A stretch of DNA of 54,155 nt from Achromobacter sp. (GTDB lineage: Bacteria; Pseudomonadota; Gammaproteobacteria; Burkholderiales; Burkholderiaceae_B), in contig NZ_DATCUY010000062.1 of assembly GCF_036567245.1 (NCBI RefSeq), positions 1 through 54,155 of the forward strand. Reading direction: 5' to 3'. Each line of letters opens with the position of its first letter. Position 1 is the first letter of the stretch. This document shows, in pieces, positions 1 through 11,275 of the stretch. The translations under genes and the position numbers were made by a program. Under the pieces are notes generated by a model, which was not told the DNA's origin, did not search any database, and was given only the letters and a program-made list of their open reading frames with translations.

Positions 1-46
<46 letters not shown>

Positions 47-58
47 ATTTAAAAATCT

Positions 59-132
59 TGGAGCGGGTGAAGGGAATCGAACCCTCGTCGTAAGCTTGGA
101 AGGCTTCTGCTCTACCATTGAGCTACACCCGC
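59..132 (-). tRNA. tRNA-Gly(TCC)
   Basis: The reverse complement reads GCGGGTGTAGCTCAATGGTAGAGCAGAAGCCTTCCAAGCTTACGACGAGGGTTCGATTCCCTTCACCCGCTCCA: cloverleaf, TTCGA T-loop and encoded CCA. Confidence 0.96.
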
Positions 133-239
133 GGCATACCCTTTCACCTTCTCTTTCCCAAACCTTTTTCAATCCAAAGCCCTGGAAAACGTTGCGGCCT
201 TCTTTGCGAAGGTCGTTCGACTTTCCGAGCCTTACATTT

Positions 240-268
240 TAAATCCAGGCCAACCGCGCCTGGATTTA
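240..268. repeat. 11-bp perfect inverted repeat in the tRNA-Tyr/tRNA-Gly spacer
   Basis: TAAATCCAGGC-caaccgc-GCCTGGATTTA; probably a structure in the precursor RNA. Confidence 0.6.
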
Positions 269-280
269 GGTATGGGTCTC

Positions 281-367
281 TGGTGGAGGAGGTTGGATTC
301 GAACCAACGTAGGCGCAAGGCCAACAGATTTACAGTCTGCCCCCTTTAACCACTCGGGCACTCCTCC
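281..367 (-). tRNA. tRNA-Tyr(GTA)
   Basis: The reverse complement reads GGAGGAGTGCCCGAGTGGTTAAAG...GCAGACTGTAAATCTG...GGTTCGAATCCAACCTCCTCCACCA, with a long variable arm and encoded CCA. Confidence 0.96.
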
Positions 368-382
368 AGCGGAGAATTCGAG

Positions 383-411
383 ATTATGAACACTTTCAAA
401 TCCGCTGTCAA
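383..411 (-). promoter_or_regulatory. sigma70 promoter of the tRNA-Tyr-Gly-Thr operon
   Basis: Minus strand TTGACA-17 nt-CATAAT, with the -10 element 15 nt upstream of the tRNA-Tyr 5' end. Confidence 0.85.
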
Positions 412-480
412 ACGCTTCGGACGAAATCTTCAAAATCCTTCTTCAACCACCGCTGCGTTTCCGCGCAGAGGGGGCGAAGC

Positions 481-1644
481 TTACAGGTTTCCGCGAATTG
501 CTGCACGGAAAAGATCAGAATACTGCTCTGGCGTGTAGTTCACGGGGTTGGTACCGGCCGAAGGATCCTCGGCCGCCATGCGTCCGACACGGTCAGCCTG
601 GGCCTCGTCGATGCCGATTTCCGCCAGGGTGTGGGGAATGCCGAGCGTCTCGCGCAGGCCTAGCACCCAGTCCAGCACCGCCCCCGGCCCGGGGTCCGGC
701 AAGTCCAGATATCGCGCCAACGCTTCCAGGCGCGGCGCCACCGCATGCTGGTTGGCCTTCAGCACATAGGGCATGAGGATGGCGTTTAAGGTGCCGTGAT
801 GCGCGTCGTACAGCGCGCCCAGCGGATGCGCCAGCGCGTGCATGGCGCCCAGCCCGCGCTGAAACGCCGTCGCGCCCATGGTGGAGGCCACCAGCATCTG
901 CAGCCGCGCCTGCAGGTCGCCGCCGTTGGCCACGGCTTGCGGCAAGTATTCCTTCACCAGGCGCATGCCTTCGATCGCGATCCCCGCCGCCATGGGATGG
1001 AAGAAAGGCGAACAGTAGGCTTCCAGGTTGTGCGACAGCGCGTCCATGCCGGTCGCCGCCGTGATCTTCGGCGGCAGGCCAACCGTCAGCTCCGGGTCCA
1101 GGATCACGACGGAGGGCAGCATCCGCGCATGGAAGATGATGCGCTTGACCTCGGCGGCCTCGTCGGTGATGACGGACGCCCGCCCTACCTCGGAACCCGT
1201 ACCCGCGGTGGTCGGCACCGCCACCACCGGCGCCATGCCTGCCACGTCGACCCGCAGATAGTTGTCGCCGATGTCCTCGAAATCCCACAAGGGCCGCGCC
1301 TGTCCCGCCATCAACGCGATGGCCTTGGCGGCATCCAGCGCCGAACCTCCGCCGAATGCAATCACGCCGTCGTGGCCGCCTTGTTTGTATGCGCGCACGC
1401 CGTCGTCGACGTTGCGGCCCGTGGGGTTGCCTTTTATTTCGTGAAACAGGCCGCATTCCAGGCCGGCCTCACCGCATGCGCGCACCACGTCCGCAATCAT
1501 GGGCAAGGCGGCGAGTCCGGGATCCGTCACCAACAATGGACGCGTCATGCCTAGCCCGCGGCATAGTTCCGGCAGCTCCTTGATCCGGCCGGGGCCGGCC
1601 TTGATGGCGGTGGGATAGTTCCAATTAACACTGGGCACGGTCAT
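481..1644 (-). CDS. Iron-containing alcohol dehydrogenase
   Basis: GGGSALDAAK, PTTAGTGSE, GMDALSHNLEAY and HALAH...HHG motifs. Confidence 0.92.
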   Translation of the reverse strand: MTVPSVNWNYPTAIKAGPGRIKELPELCRGLGMTRPLLVTDPGLAALPMIADVVRACGEAGLECGLFHEIKGNPTGRNVDDGVRAYKQGGHDGVIAFGGGSALDAAKAIALMAGQARPLWDFEDIGDNYLRVDVAGMAPVVAVPTTAGTGSEVGRASVITDEAAEVKRIIFHARMLPSVVILDPELTVGLPPKITAATGMDALSHNLEAYCSPFFHPMAAGIAIEGMRLVKEYLPQAVANGGDLQARLQMLVASTMGATAFQRGLGAMHALAHPLGALYDAHHGTLNAILMPYVLKANQHAVAPRLEALARYLDLPDPGPGAVLDWVLGLRETLGIPHTLAEIGIDEAQADRVGRMAAEDPSAGTNPVNYTPEQYSDLFRAAIRGNL

Positions 1645-1668
1645 GATTCAGTTCCTGAATGCGTCGTG

Positions 1669-3057
1669 TCAGACGCGGCGCAGATGAAAGGATTTGGCTT
1701 GCGTGAGTTGTTCATAGCCAACCGCTGACAAGGACACGCCGCGGCCGGAGTTCTTTACGCCGGTCCAGGCCAGCGCGGGATCCAGGTAGTCGCAGCGGTT
1801 CATGAAGAACGTGCCCGTGCGGACCTTGCGGCCGATATGCAGGGCCGCGTCCTCGTCTTGCGTAAAGGTCGCCGCGGTCAGGCCATAAGGACTGTCGTTC
1901 ATCAGACCGATGGCTTCCTCGTCGCTATCGACCGCCATGATGCCGACGACAGGTCCGAAGCACTCGTCGCTCATGATGCGCATGCGGTGATCCACCTGCG
2001 TCAACAAGGCCGGCGCAACATAAGGCGAGCCTACGCTCGCTTCCTTGAAATGTGAGCTTTCAATCATATTTATGGCGCCGGCAGAAACCGCTTCGGCGAT
2101 GATCTCGCGAATCTCGGCGGCGGCGCGCGCACGCACCACCGGCCCCAGCGTCGTGTCGGCCTGCAGCGGATTTCCCAACACGTATTTATGCGTCATTTCG
2201 ACGGCGCGCTCGACAAATTCTTCGTACCGGGCGCGCGCCACGTAGATGCGCTGAATGCCGCAGCAGGATTGCCCTGAATTGAAGAATGCGCCGTCCACCA
2301 GGGTCTCCACGGCGTGATCGATTTTCGCGTCAGCGCGCACGTAGGCCGGATCGTTGCCGCCCAGCTCCAGGCCTGCGCCGATGAAACGCCCCGCCGCGCT
2401 CTCCTCCACGGCATGCCCGCCGCGCACGGAGCCGGTAAACGAAACGTAGCCGATCTCCGGCGCGCGGATCAGCCGATGCACGATGTCGTGGTTGGCATGA
2501 AGATACTGGAACACGCCCTTGGGCGCCCCGGCCTCGCGGAACGCGCGGTCGATAAGTTCCGCGCACAAGGGCGTCTGGTCGGAATGCTTGAGGATGACAG
2601 TGTTGCCCGCCATCAGCGCGGGCACGATACTGTTCACCGCCGTCAACAGGGGGTAGTTCCACGGCGCTATCGTCAACGCGACGCCTATCGGTTCGCGGCT
2701 GATGAAGCGGGTAAAGCCGGCTTGTTCAGGAACCTGGATGGGCGCCAGCGCTTCGCCAGCAATGGCGATCATGTGGCGCGCGCGTGCCTCGAAACCCGCC
2801 ACCTCGCCCGGCGTGTAGCGCAACGGCCGCCCCATCTGGATGGTAATGGCGCGCGCGATCTCTTCCTTCGCCGCGACGAAGCGGTCGACCGCCGCGGACA
2901 CGATGCGCCCCCGCGCCTCCACGCCCAGCGCCTGCCACGCGACTTGCGCAGCCTGGGCATCGGCAAGCGCTTGCGCGATCTGCGCCTCGCTGGCATAGGG
3001 ACGGCGCACAACCTCGCGCCCGTCGATGGGACTGATGGTGATGAGTTCCTGAGTCAT
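1669..3057 (-). CDS. NAD(P)-dependent aldehyde dehydrogenase
   Basis: PWNYP, FTGS, LELGG, catalytic Cys in GQSCC, ECFGP; start placed at MTQEL. Confidence 0.92.
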   Translation of the reverse strand: MTQELITISPIDGREVVRRPYASEAQIAQALADAQAAQVAWQALGVEARGRIVSAAVDRFVAAKEEIARAITIQMGRPLRYTPGEVAGFEARARHMIAIAGEALAPIQVPEQAGFTRFISREPIGVALTIAPWNYPLLTAVNSIVPALMAGNTVILKHSDQTPLCAELIDRAFREAGAPKGVFQYLHANHDIVHRLIRAPEIGYVSFTGSVRGGHAVEESAAGRFIGAGLELGGNDPAYVRADAKIDHAVETLVDGAFFNSGQSCCGIQRIYVARARYEEFVERAVEMTHKYVLGNPLQADTTLGPVVRARAAAEIREIIAEAVSAGAINMIESSHFKEASVGSPYVAPALLTQVDHRMRIMSDECFGPVVGIMAVDSDEEAIGLMNDSPYGLTAATFTQDEDAALHIGRKVRTGTFFMNRCDYLDPALAWTGVKNSGRGVSLSAVGYEQLTQAKSFHLRRV

Positions 3058-3088
3058 GTCTGCCCTGCGCAAGCGGTTTGGTTTGGAT

Positions 3089-4474
3089 TCAGATGATTTC
3101 GAAGTAGCGCGCCAGCTCCCAGTCCGTCACGTGACGCCGGAACTGCCGTTCTTCCCACTCACGCGTGGCCGCATAGTGCTCGACGAAGGCGTCGCCGAAC
3201 AGGTGGCGCGCGGCCTCGGATTCGCGCAGCCGCTGCGCGGATTCCCATAACGTGTTGGGCAGGCGCAGATGCGCCGGAAACTGCTGCGTGTAGGCATTGC
3301 CCTGCACCATGGGCTCGGGCGTCAACCCTTGTTCGATGCCATACAACCCCGAAGCCAGGGCGGCGGACAAGGCCAGATAAGGATTGGCGTCGGCCGATCC
3401 GATGCGCACCTCGACGCGCTGCGATTTGTCGCTGCCCGGGATCAGGCGCAGCGCGGTGGTGCGGTTTTCCATGCCCCAGGTGGCGTCCAGCGGCGCCCAG
3501 TAGCCGGGCACCAGCCGCGAATAGCTGTTGATGGTTTGCGCGTACATGGCCATGAACTCCGGCAGATAGCGCTGCACGCCGGCCATGAAGGAGGTTTGCG
3601 TCGCGCTCATGCCGTGCGGCCGGGATTCGTCGTAGAAGGCGGAGCGGTTGGTCTTGTGGTCCCGCAGCGACAGATGGATGTGGCCGCTCTGGCCAGGATG
3701 ATCATGCGACCACTTCGCCATGAAGGTCGCCATCAGCCCGTTCTGCTGCGCCAGCGCCTTGGTGAAGGTCTTGAAGAGGAACGCCTTGTCGCCAGCCGCG
3801 GCCGCCAGGTCCACCGCCAGGGCCGCTTCCAGCACGCCCGGCCCCGTCTCGGTGTGCAGGCCCTCGATCGGCATGTCCATGCGTTCGCACATGTCCAGCA
3901 GCTTGCGGTAGAAATCGCCTTCGACGGTGCTGCGCAGCACGGAGTAGCCGAAATTTCCCGGCGTCCAGTTCTCCATGTTGCGATAGTTCTTGGCGCGCAC
4001 GGAGTGCGGCGTTTCGCGGAACATGAAGAATTCGTACTCGAGCGCGGCGTAGACGTCGTAACCCATGCCCGCCGCGCGATCCAGGATCCGGTGCAGCAGC
4101 CGCCGCGGACAGATGGCGCCGGCGTCGCCCTCGAATTCCGCCAGGAACAGCAGCATGTCTTCACCGCCCGGCCCCTGCTCCAGCGGCAGCCGACGGCCGC
4201 TTTGCGGGATGATCCTGAGCTTGGCGTCGGGATAGGCCGTGTGCCACCCGGTGTACTTGGTGTTGTCGTAGAGCTGGTCGTCCAGATCCCAGCCGAACAC
4301 CACGTCGCAGAACGCCAGCCCCGAGCGCAGCGCGCCCAGGAATTTGTCGCGCCGCAAGTATTTTCCCAGCATGACGCCGTCGACGTCGGACAAGCCTACC
4401 TTGATGTGCGAGAGCTGGCTGGCTTGCACCAGCCGCTCCGCGTCTTCCACCGTTGCTACCCCTAGTGCATGCAT
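3089..4474 (-). CDS. Glutamine synthetase-like gamma-glutamyl-amine ligase (PuuA/GlnA4-like)
   Basis: GS motifs EYEFF, HTETGPG, SGHIHLS, NRTTALR, RVEVR and NPYL. The flap reads PGYWAP instead of the canonical PGYEAP. Confidence 0.85.
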   Translation of the reverse strand: MHALGVATVEDAERLVQASQLSHIKVGLSDVDGVMLGKYLRRDKFLGALRSGLAFCDVVFGWDLDDQLYDNTKYTGWHTAYPDAKLRIIPQSGRRLPLEQGPGGEDMLLFLAEFEGDAGAICPRRLLHRILDRAAGMGYDVYAALEYEFFMFRETPHSVRAKNYRNMENWTPGNFGYSVLRSTVEGDFYRKLLDMCERMDMPIEGLHTETGPGVLEAALAVDLAAAAGDKAFLFKTFTKALAQQNGLMATFMAKWSHDHPGQSGHIHLSLRDHKTNRSAFYDESRPHGMSATQTSFMAGVQRYLPEFMAMYAQTINSYSRLVPGYWAPLDATWGMENRTTALRLIPGSDKSQRVEVRIGSADANPYLALSAALASGLYGIEQGLTPEPMVQGNAYTQQFPAHLRLPNTLWESAQRLRESEAARHLFGDAFVEHYAATREWEERQFRRHVTDWELARYFEII

Positions 4475-4531
4475 GCTCTTTCACCCTGTGGCTGAAGCGT
4501 TGCGTTGAACTGCGGGCGGGCGGCGCGGCGT

Positions 4532-5338
4532 TCAGGTCATGGCCGCCCCCAGCACCCGCATCGCCTGGCGATGCAGCTGCGGCGTGGCGGCCGCGACAAC
4601 GCGGCCCTGCGATTCGAGGCTGAGCGGCTGCCCCGACCAATCGGTAATGACGCCGCCAGCCCCTTCGATCACGGGCATCAGCGCCAGATAGTCATACGGC
4701 TGCAGGCCGGACTCGACCACCAGGTCGACGTGTCCGCTGGCCAGAAGGCCATAGCTGTAGCAATCGCCGCCGTAGCGGCGCATGCGCGCGGCCTGCGTCA
4801 GCGCGTCGAAGGCGGCCAGTTCCGCGCCGGCAAAGATGTCGGGAGAGGTGGCGTACAAAATGGCCTGCCGCAGTTCGGCACAGGCGCTGCTGCGGCAGGC
4901 AGCGCCGTTCAACTGCGCCGACGCGCCGGTCACCCCGATCCAGCGTTCGTCCAGCATGGGGATGTCGATCACGCCAAGCACTGATTTTCCCCGGTGCAGC
5001 AGTGCCAGCAAGGTGCCCCACAGCGGGTTGCCGGAAATGAAGGCGCGGGTGCCGTCGATGGGATCCAGCGACCACACGAACTCGGCTTCGGCATGCGAGG
5101 CGCCGAACTCTTCGCCGAAGATGCCGTGCTCGGGGTAGTGCTGGGCGATGGCCTCGCGCAAGGCGGTCTCGACCTCCCTGTCCGCCTGCGTAACCGGGCT
5201 TTCGTCGGCCTTGGTATCGATGTCCAGCGGGTGCCGGAACCACTTGCGCGACAAGGGGCGCACACGGTCCGCCAGCGTCTGGGCGAACGAGGAGTACGCG
5301 GCCAGCTGCTGCGCGGATAACGGCGGTGAAGTTTGCAT
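4532..5338 (-). CDS. Inositol monophosphatase-family phosphatase (HisN-like)
   Basis: SPVTQADRE, GEE, WSLDPIDGT, GGDCYSY and PYD motifs. Confidence 0.85.
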   Translation of the reverse strand: MQTSPPLSAQQLAAYSSFAQTLADRVRPLSRKWFRHPLDIDTKADESPVTQADREVETALREAIAQHYPEHGIFGEEFGASHAEAEFVWSLDPIDGTRAFISGNPLWGTLLALLHRGKSVLGVIDIPMLDERWIGVTGASAQLNGAACRSSACAELRQAILYATSPDIFAGAELAAFDALTQAARMRRYGGDCYSYGLLASGHVDLVVESGLQPYDYLALMPVIEGAGGVITDWSGQPLSLESQGRVVAAATPQLHRQAMRVLGAAMT

Positions 5339-5532
5339 CGATGAGCTCCAGGCGTGGCGCGGGAGGATGCGCCTACGCCAAAAAAACCCTTGAATACAGG
5401 TTTTTCCAGTCTAGACACGTTGCCACAAATTTGCAAACATACATAAAACTGCAACCTGCCGGATTTGTTGCAGAAGACTGCCCGCCTACGTAGCTCGCCA
5501 CCGTTGCCGTGTATTCCAACCGGAGTTCCATC

Positions 5533-6540
5533 ATGCAATGTATGAAGAAGCTTGGCCTTGTGGTTGCAGTAATTTCCCTAGGTTGGACGCAGGCCCATGC
5601 CGGCGCCATCACCGTCTACACCGCCCTCGAAGAAGACGAGATCGCGGCCTACCTGAAGGCCGCCAACGCCGCCATGCCGGACGTGAAGGTCAATGTGCTG
5701 CGGCTGTCCACCGGCGACCTGGGCGCCCGCCTGATCGCCGAGGCCTCCAACCCGCAGCAGGACGTGATCTGGGGCTTCGCCGTCAGCAACATGCTGGACC
5801 CTCGCCTGCAGAACCTGCTGGAGCCATATGCGGCCAAAGGCATGGACGCCCTGCCCGCCCAGTACAAGGGCGCCGACCAGAAGTGGTTCGCGGCCACCGG
5901 CTATGTCGCTGCATTCTGTGTCAACACGGACAGGCTCAAGTCCAAGAACCTGCCCATGCCTACGTCCTGGGAAGACCTGACCAAGCCGGTCTACAAGGGC
6001 GAAATCGTTATCCCCAGCCCCGCGGCCTCGGGCACCGGCTATCTGCAGATCGTCGCGCTGCTGCAGGGCATGGGCAAGGAAAAAGGCTGGGCGCTGCTCA
6101 AGGACCTGGACAAGAACGTAGCGCAATACACGCCGTCGGGCTCGCGCCCCTGCAAGATGGCCCGCGCCGGCGAGTACGCCATCGGCGTGTCCTTTGCCTT
6201 CCCCGCCATGCAGTCCATCGAGGAAGGCTTTCCCATCAAGATGGTGATCCCGTCCAAATGGGTGGGCTACGAGCTGGAAGCTTCGGGCCTGATGAAGACG
6301 GCCAAGAATCCCGCCGACGCCAAGCGCTTCCTCGACTGGACGCTGTCGGCCCAGGCCGGCGGCCTGTACAGCAAATACAAGGAACTGGTGACCATCCCCG
6401 GCGCCACGCCCAACAAGGCTGCCGAGGCCGCGGGCCTGCCCAAGGACCTGACCGCCGTGCTGTATCCGGTGGACTTCCCCAAGTCGGCCGCGGAACGGGA
6501 CGCCACCATCAAGACCTGGCAGGAAACCATCAAGCGTTGA
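5533..6540 (+). CDS. ABC transporter substrate-binding protein (2-aminoethylphosphonate/Fe-thiamine family, PhnS-like)
   Basis: Signal peptide (KKLGLVV...AHA), VYTALE, STG, PAASGTG and SGSRPC. GGAG RBS 7 nt before the ATG at 5533; alternative start at 5542. Confidence 0.8.
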   Translation: MQCMKKLGLVVAVISLGWTQAHAGAITVYTALEEDEIAAYLKAANAAMPDVKVNVLRLSTGDLGARLIAEASNPQQDVIWGFAVSNMLDPRLQNLLEPYAAKGMDALPAQYKGADQKWFAATGYVAAFCVNTDRLKSKNLPMPTSWEDLTKPVYKGEIVIPSPAASGTGYLQIVALLQGMGKEKGWALLKDLDKNVAQYTPSGSRPCKMARAGEYAIGVSFAFPAMQSIEEGFPIKMVIPSKWVGYELEASGLMKTAKNPADAKRFLDWTLSAQAGGLYSKYKELVTIPGATPNKAAEAAGLPKDLTAVLYPVDFPKSAAERDATIKTWQETIKR

Positions 6541-6589
6541 TGGGCCGGCGGCCGGTGGCAAGCCGGCCGCCGCCCGTCCTGGAGACGCC

Positions 6590-7597
<1,008 letters not shown>

Positions 7598-7628
7598 CGG
7601 ATCACATCACGCAAACCGGAGCCGCCGC

Positions 7629-9311
7629 TTGAGCGCCGCCCACGCCAGCACGGTCATCGCGGCGCCCGCCGGCCGCGCGCCCTGGTCGGCAGACCGCGTA
7701 TTGCTGTGGACCTGTGTCGGCATCCCCCTGGCGGGCCTGGCGCTGTTCTTCCTCTATCCGCTGGCGACCGTGGCCTGGCGCAGCCTGGTTGAAAAAGACG
7801 GCTCGGTCGGCCTGGGCAACTATGCCGAAGTCTTCGCCACCCGTGGCGTCCTCACCGCCACGCTCAACAGCCTGGTCATGAGCGCCGCGACCACGGTGGT
7901 CAGCGTCGCGCTGGGCTTCGCCATCGCCTATGGACTGGACCGCAGCTGCATGCGCGGCAAGGCCGCCGTGCGGCTGGCGCTGGTGCTACCGCTGCTGGCG
8001 CCGTCGCTGGTGCAGGGCCTGGGGCTCATTTTCCTGCTGGGACGCAACGGATTGGTACACCGCTGGACCGGCTGGGAAATCGACATCTACGGCTTCTGGG
8101 GCCTGTTGATCTCCAACGTGTTCTACGCCCTGCCCCAGGCCGTGCTGATCCTGCAGGCGGCCTTGCGCAACATGGACGCGCGCTACTACGACGCTGCCGA
8201 AGTCATGGGCGCCTCCAGCGCGCGCCAGTTCTTCGACATCACCCTGCCCAACTGCAAGTTCGGCCTGCTGAGCGCGGCCTTCGTGGTGTTCGTCATCACC
8301 ATTACCGATTTCGGCAACGCCGCCGTGATCGGCGGCAACTACCGAGTACTGGCTACCGAAATCTACAGCCAGGTATCCGGGCAGATGAACTTCGGCATGG
8401 GTTCCGTGGTCGGCATCCTGCTGCTGTTGCCCTCGCTGATATCGGTGCAGATCGAGCGCGTCGCCTCGCAGCGCCAGTTCGGCTCGGCCTCGCCCAGCGG
8501 CCTGCGGGTCTCACCGCAACCCGCCGGCGGACGCGACGCGGCGTTCACCGCCGGCATACTGCTTGCGTGCGGCACGATCATCCTGACGGTGGCCACGGTG
8601 ATCTTCGCCAGCTTCATGCGCCTGTGGCCGTACCGCATGGAATGGACGCTGAAGCACTACGACATCACCGTCAGCGGCGGCTACACGCCGCTCTGGACGT
8701 CTCTGTATCTTTCGCTGGCGGCGGCAGGCGGCGGTGTGCTGCTGCTGTTCTTCCTGAGCTTCGGCGTTTGCCGGATTCCGCGCGCGTGGGCCAAGCTGGT
8801 GTACCTGGTGTCGGTACTGCCGGTTGGCGTTCCCGGCCTGGTCCTGGGCCTGTCGTACATCTTCGCCTTCAACGCCCCAGGCACGCCCCTGTATGCGCTG
8901 TACGGCAGCGCCGCGCTGATCGCCTTGTGCAACTTCTACCACTACCACACGCAAGGCTTCCTGACGATGATGACCGGCATGCGCGCGGTGCCGCAGGCGC
9001 TGGAGGAAGCGGTCAGCTGCCTGGGCGGCGGCACGCTGCGGGTGCTGCGCGACGCGGTGCTGCCGCTGATCGGCCCAACCGTGCTGGGCGTGTTCTTCTT
9101 TCTGTTCATGCGGTCCATGGTGACCCTGTCGGCGGTGATCTTCCTGGTCACGCCCTCGGTCAGCGTGGCGCCAGTTTCTGTCCTGCGCCTGGACGAAGCC
9201 GGCTTCGTCTCGCAGGCCGCGGCCTATTCAACCCTTATCATGCTGGTCGTGGGAGGGTCCCTGCTGGCATTGCGCGCGCTGATCGCCGCGGCCGCACGGC
9301 GCCGGACATAG
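7629..9311 (+). CDS. ABC transporter permease, duplicated (PhnV/FbpB-like)
   Basis: Two EAA-type loops (YDAAEVMGAS and EEAVSCLGGG) and many TM segments. Probable TTG start at 7629 with GGAG 7 nt upstream; the start is uncertain. Confidence 0.82.
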   Translation: MSAAHASTVIAAPAGRAPWSADRVLLWTCVGIPLAGLALFFLYPLATVAWRSLVEKDGSVGLGNYAEVFATRGVLTATLNSLVMSAATTVVSVALGFAIAYGLDRSCMRGKAAVRLALVLPLLAPSLVQGLGLIFLLGRNGLVHRWTGWEIDIYGFWGLLISNVFYALPQAVLILQAALRNMDARYYDAAEVMGASSARQFFDITLPNCKFGLLSAAFVVFVITITDFGNAAVIGGNYRVLATEIYSQVSGQMNFGMGSVVGILLLLPSLISVQIERVASQRQFGSASPSGLRVSPQPAGGRDAAFTAGILLACGTIILTVATVIFASFMRLWPYRMEWTLKHYDITVSGGYTPLWTSLYLSLAAAGGGVLLLFFLSFGVCRIPRAWAKLVYLVSVLPVGVPGLVLGLSYIFAFNAPGTPLYALYGSAALIALCNFYHYHTQGFLTMMTGMRAVPQALEEAVSCLGGGTLRVLRDAVLPLIGPTVLGVFFFLFMRSMVTLSAVIFLVTPSVSVAPVSVLRLDEAGFVSQAAAYSTLIMLVVGGSLLALRALIAAAARRRT

Positions 9312-9328
9312 ATTAGGAAACATCGGAC

Positions 9329-10090
9329 ATGTGGCAAGAAGAGCGGTATCAGAGAATCCGCGCCCTGCTGTCTTCATTGCAGCAGGTATCGACCGACCGT
9401 ATCGTCGGCGAACTTGGGGTTTCGCGCGAAACGGTCAGGCGTGATCTGCTCGAGCTGGAGGCTATGGGGGAATTGCGACGCGTACACGGCGGCGCCGTGC
9501 CGGTGCATAGCGAGCCGCCCATCGCGGAACGCGTGCATACGCGCGTCAAGTACAAACGCGCCATCGCGCGCGCGGCCGCAGGCTTGGTATCCAGCGGCCA
9601 GACCCTGTTCCTGGACGCAGGCAGCACCACCAGCGTGCTGGCCGACGAACTGGCCAAATTGTCGGGCCTGACCGTCATCACCAATTCGTTCGACGTGGCC
9701 TTGAAGGTCGGAACGGCCGGCAACGGCGCGAACCAGCTCATCATGCTGGGAGGATCCGTGGGCGGTCCGGTATGCGCCACGGCCGGCGACATCACGATCG
9801 CCGAGATCCACCGCTATCGGGCGGACCTGGCGCTACTGTCGCCGGTGGGCGTGGACGCCGAATTCGGCGCCACCAACTACGACCTGCGCGAGGCCGAAGT
9901 GGCGCGCGCCATGGCGGCCAACGCCAAGCAGCTGGTGCTGTTGGCCGACTTCAGCAAGATCGGTCTGTGCAGCCGCGTGTCCTATTGCAGCGCGGACCGC
10001 ATCGACCACCTGGTCACCAACACCAGCGCGCAGAAGTCGCCCGCCTATGCCGCCTTGAAGTCCGCGGTCGGCAAGGTCGTGGCGGTGTAG
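9329..10090 (+). CDS. DeoR/GlpR family transcriptional regulator
   Basis: VSRETVRRDL HTH, RVHGGA, FLDAGSTT, ITNS and ADFSK. Confidence 0.93.
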   Translation: MWQEERYQRIRALLSSLQQVSTDRIVGELGVSRETVRRDLLELEAMGELRRVHGGAVPVHSEPPIAERVHTRVKYKRAIARAAAGLVSSGQTLFLDAGSTTSVLADELAKLSGLTVITNSFDVALKVGTAGNGANQLIMLGGSVGGPVCATAGDITIAEIHRYRADLALLSPVGVDAEFGATNYDLREAEVARAMAANAKQLVLLADFSKIGLCSRVSYCSADRIDHLVTNTSAQKSPAYAALKSAVGKVVAV

Positions 10091-10109
10091 CGCAAACCCA
10101 CCCGCCGCG

Positions 10110-11111
10110 TCAGTCCAGCGACACGCCGGCAGTCTTCACCATGTCGGCCCAATACACGGTGTCTTCCTGCAGCCGCGTCTTGAACGCGGCGGGCTGGCTG
10201 CCCACCGCCCAGCTCCCGCCGCTGTTGATCTTGGCGATCACGGCGGGCGACTTCATCGCCTGCCCCACGGCTTGCGCCAGGTAGGCGATGCGCTCGGGCG
10301 GCGTGCCAGCGGGCGCGAACAGTCCATACCAGTCATCGGCGGTAATGCCCTCCATGCCCGCCTGCTTGAGCGTGGGCGCCCCCTTGAAAATGCCGATGTT
10401 GTTCTCGTGGCTGAGCGCCAGGATGCGCAGCTTGCCGGCGGCGACCATGGGTTCTGCCGACGCAGGCGAAGTTATCAACATATCCACCGTGCCACCGATC
10501 AGGTCGGTAATCGCGGGTGCGGCGCCCCGGTATGGCACATGCACCAGTTTCACGCCGGCCTTCTGCGACAGCAGCGCCCCCATCAGATGGCTCATGGTGC
10601 CATTGCCGGGTGTCGCGTAGGTCACGGCGCCGGGCTGCTTGCGCGCGGCTTCCAGATAGTCGTTCAGGGTACGGTACGGGCTCTCGCTGCGCGCTACCAG
10701 CACCAGCGGCGCGGAAGTGATTTGCGAGATGGGCGTGAAGTCCTTGACCGGATCGAACCCCACGTTCTTGTACAAACGCGGATTGACCGCCATCACGCTG
10801 GTCTGCGACATCACCAGGGTGTAGCCGTCTGGCTTGGCCCGCGCCACCTGCGCCGTGCCGACATTGCCGCCTGCGCCCGAGCGGTTTTCAACCACCACGC
10901 TCTGGCCCGTGATGACGCCCAGCTCCTGCGCGATCAGGCGCGCGACGCCGTCATTGCCCCCGCCCGGAGGAAACGGCGACACGACCGTGATGGCCTGCTT
11001 GGGATAGTCCGGCAGGGGCGCGGGCGCCTGGGCGTGGGCAACGGTCCCCCACAGCAGTCCGGCCAGGGCCGCGGCAGCGGCCTTGCGTATGTGCGATGCA
11101 TGGTGCTTCAT
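10110..11111 (-). CDS. Bug/TctC tripartite tricarboxylate transporter solute-binding protein
   Basis: PFPPGGGND, VENRSGAGG, PDGYTL, HVPYRG and a signal peptide; start at MKHH. Confidence 0.9.
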   Translation of the reverse strand: MKHHASHIRKAAAAALAGLLWGTVAHAQAPAPLPDYPKQAITVVSPFPPGGGNDGVARLIAQELGVITGQSVVVENRSGAGGNVGTAQVARAKPDGYTLVMSQTSVMAVNPRLYKNVGFDPVKDFTPISQITSAPLVLVARSESPYRTLNDYLEAARKQPGAVTYATPGNGTMSHLMGALLSQKAGVKLVHVPYRGAAPAITDLIGGTVDMLITSPASAEPMVAAGKLRILALSHENNIGIFKGAPTLKQAGMEGITADDWYGLFAPAGTPPERIAYLAQAVGQAMKSPAVIAKINSGGSWAVGSQPAAFKTRLQEDTVYWADMVKTAGVSLD

Positions 11112-11275
11112 CTGGATTTCCCCTTGTGATTGGCAGCCGGATACTCGGCCGTCCTTGGCATTCCGGTTCGGCATGAACCGTCCGCACCCCGGCCGTCGAG
11201 GCCGGGGCGTACTTTTCGGATTGATGCGTCTGCTGTGCCGCGGGGCCTGATCAGGCCAGCGCCGCGGTTCCGGTA

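Noticed and set aside
118-312. 64-aa ORF on the plus strand
   Set aside because: It is antisense to tRNA-Gly/tRNA-Tyr; LVEEVGFEPT is the typical translation of an antisense tRNA.
3089-4474. Housekeeping glutamine synthetase glnA
   Set aside because: The flap Glu is replaced by Trp, no adenylylation-site motif is evident, and the context is catabolic.
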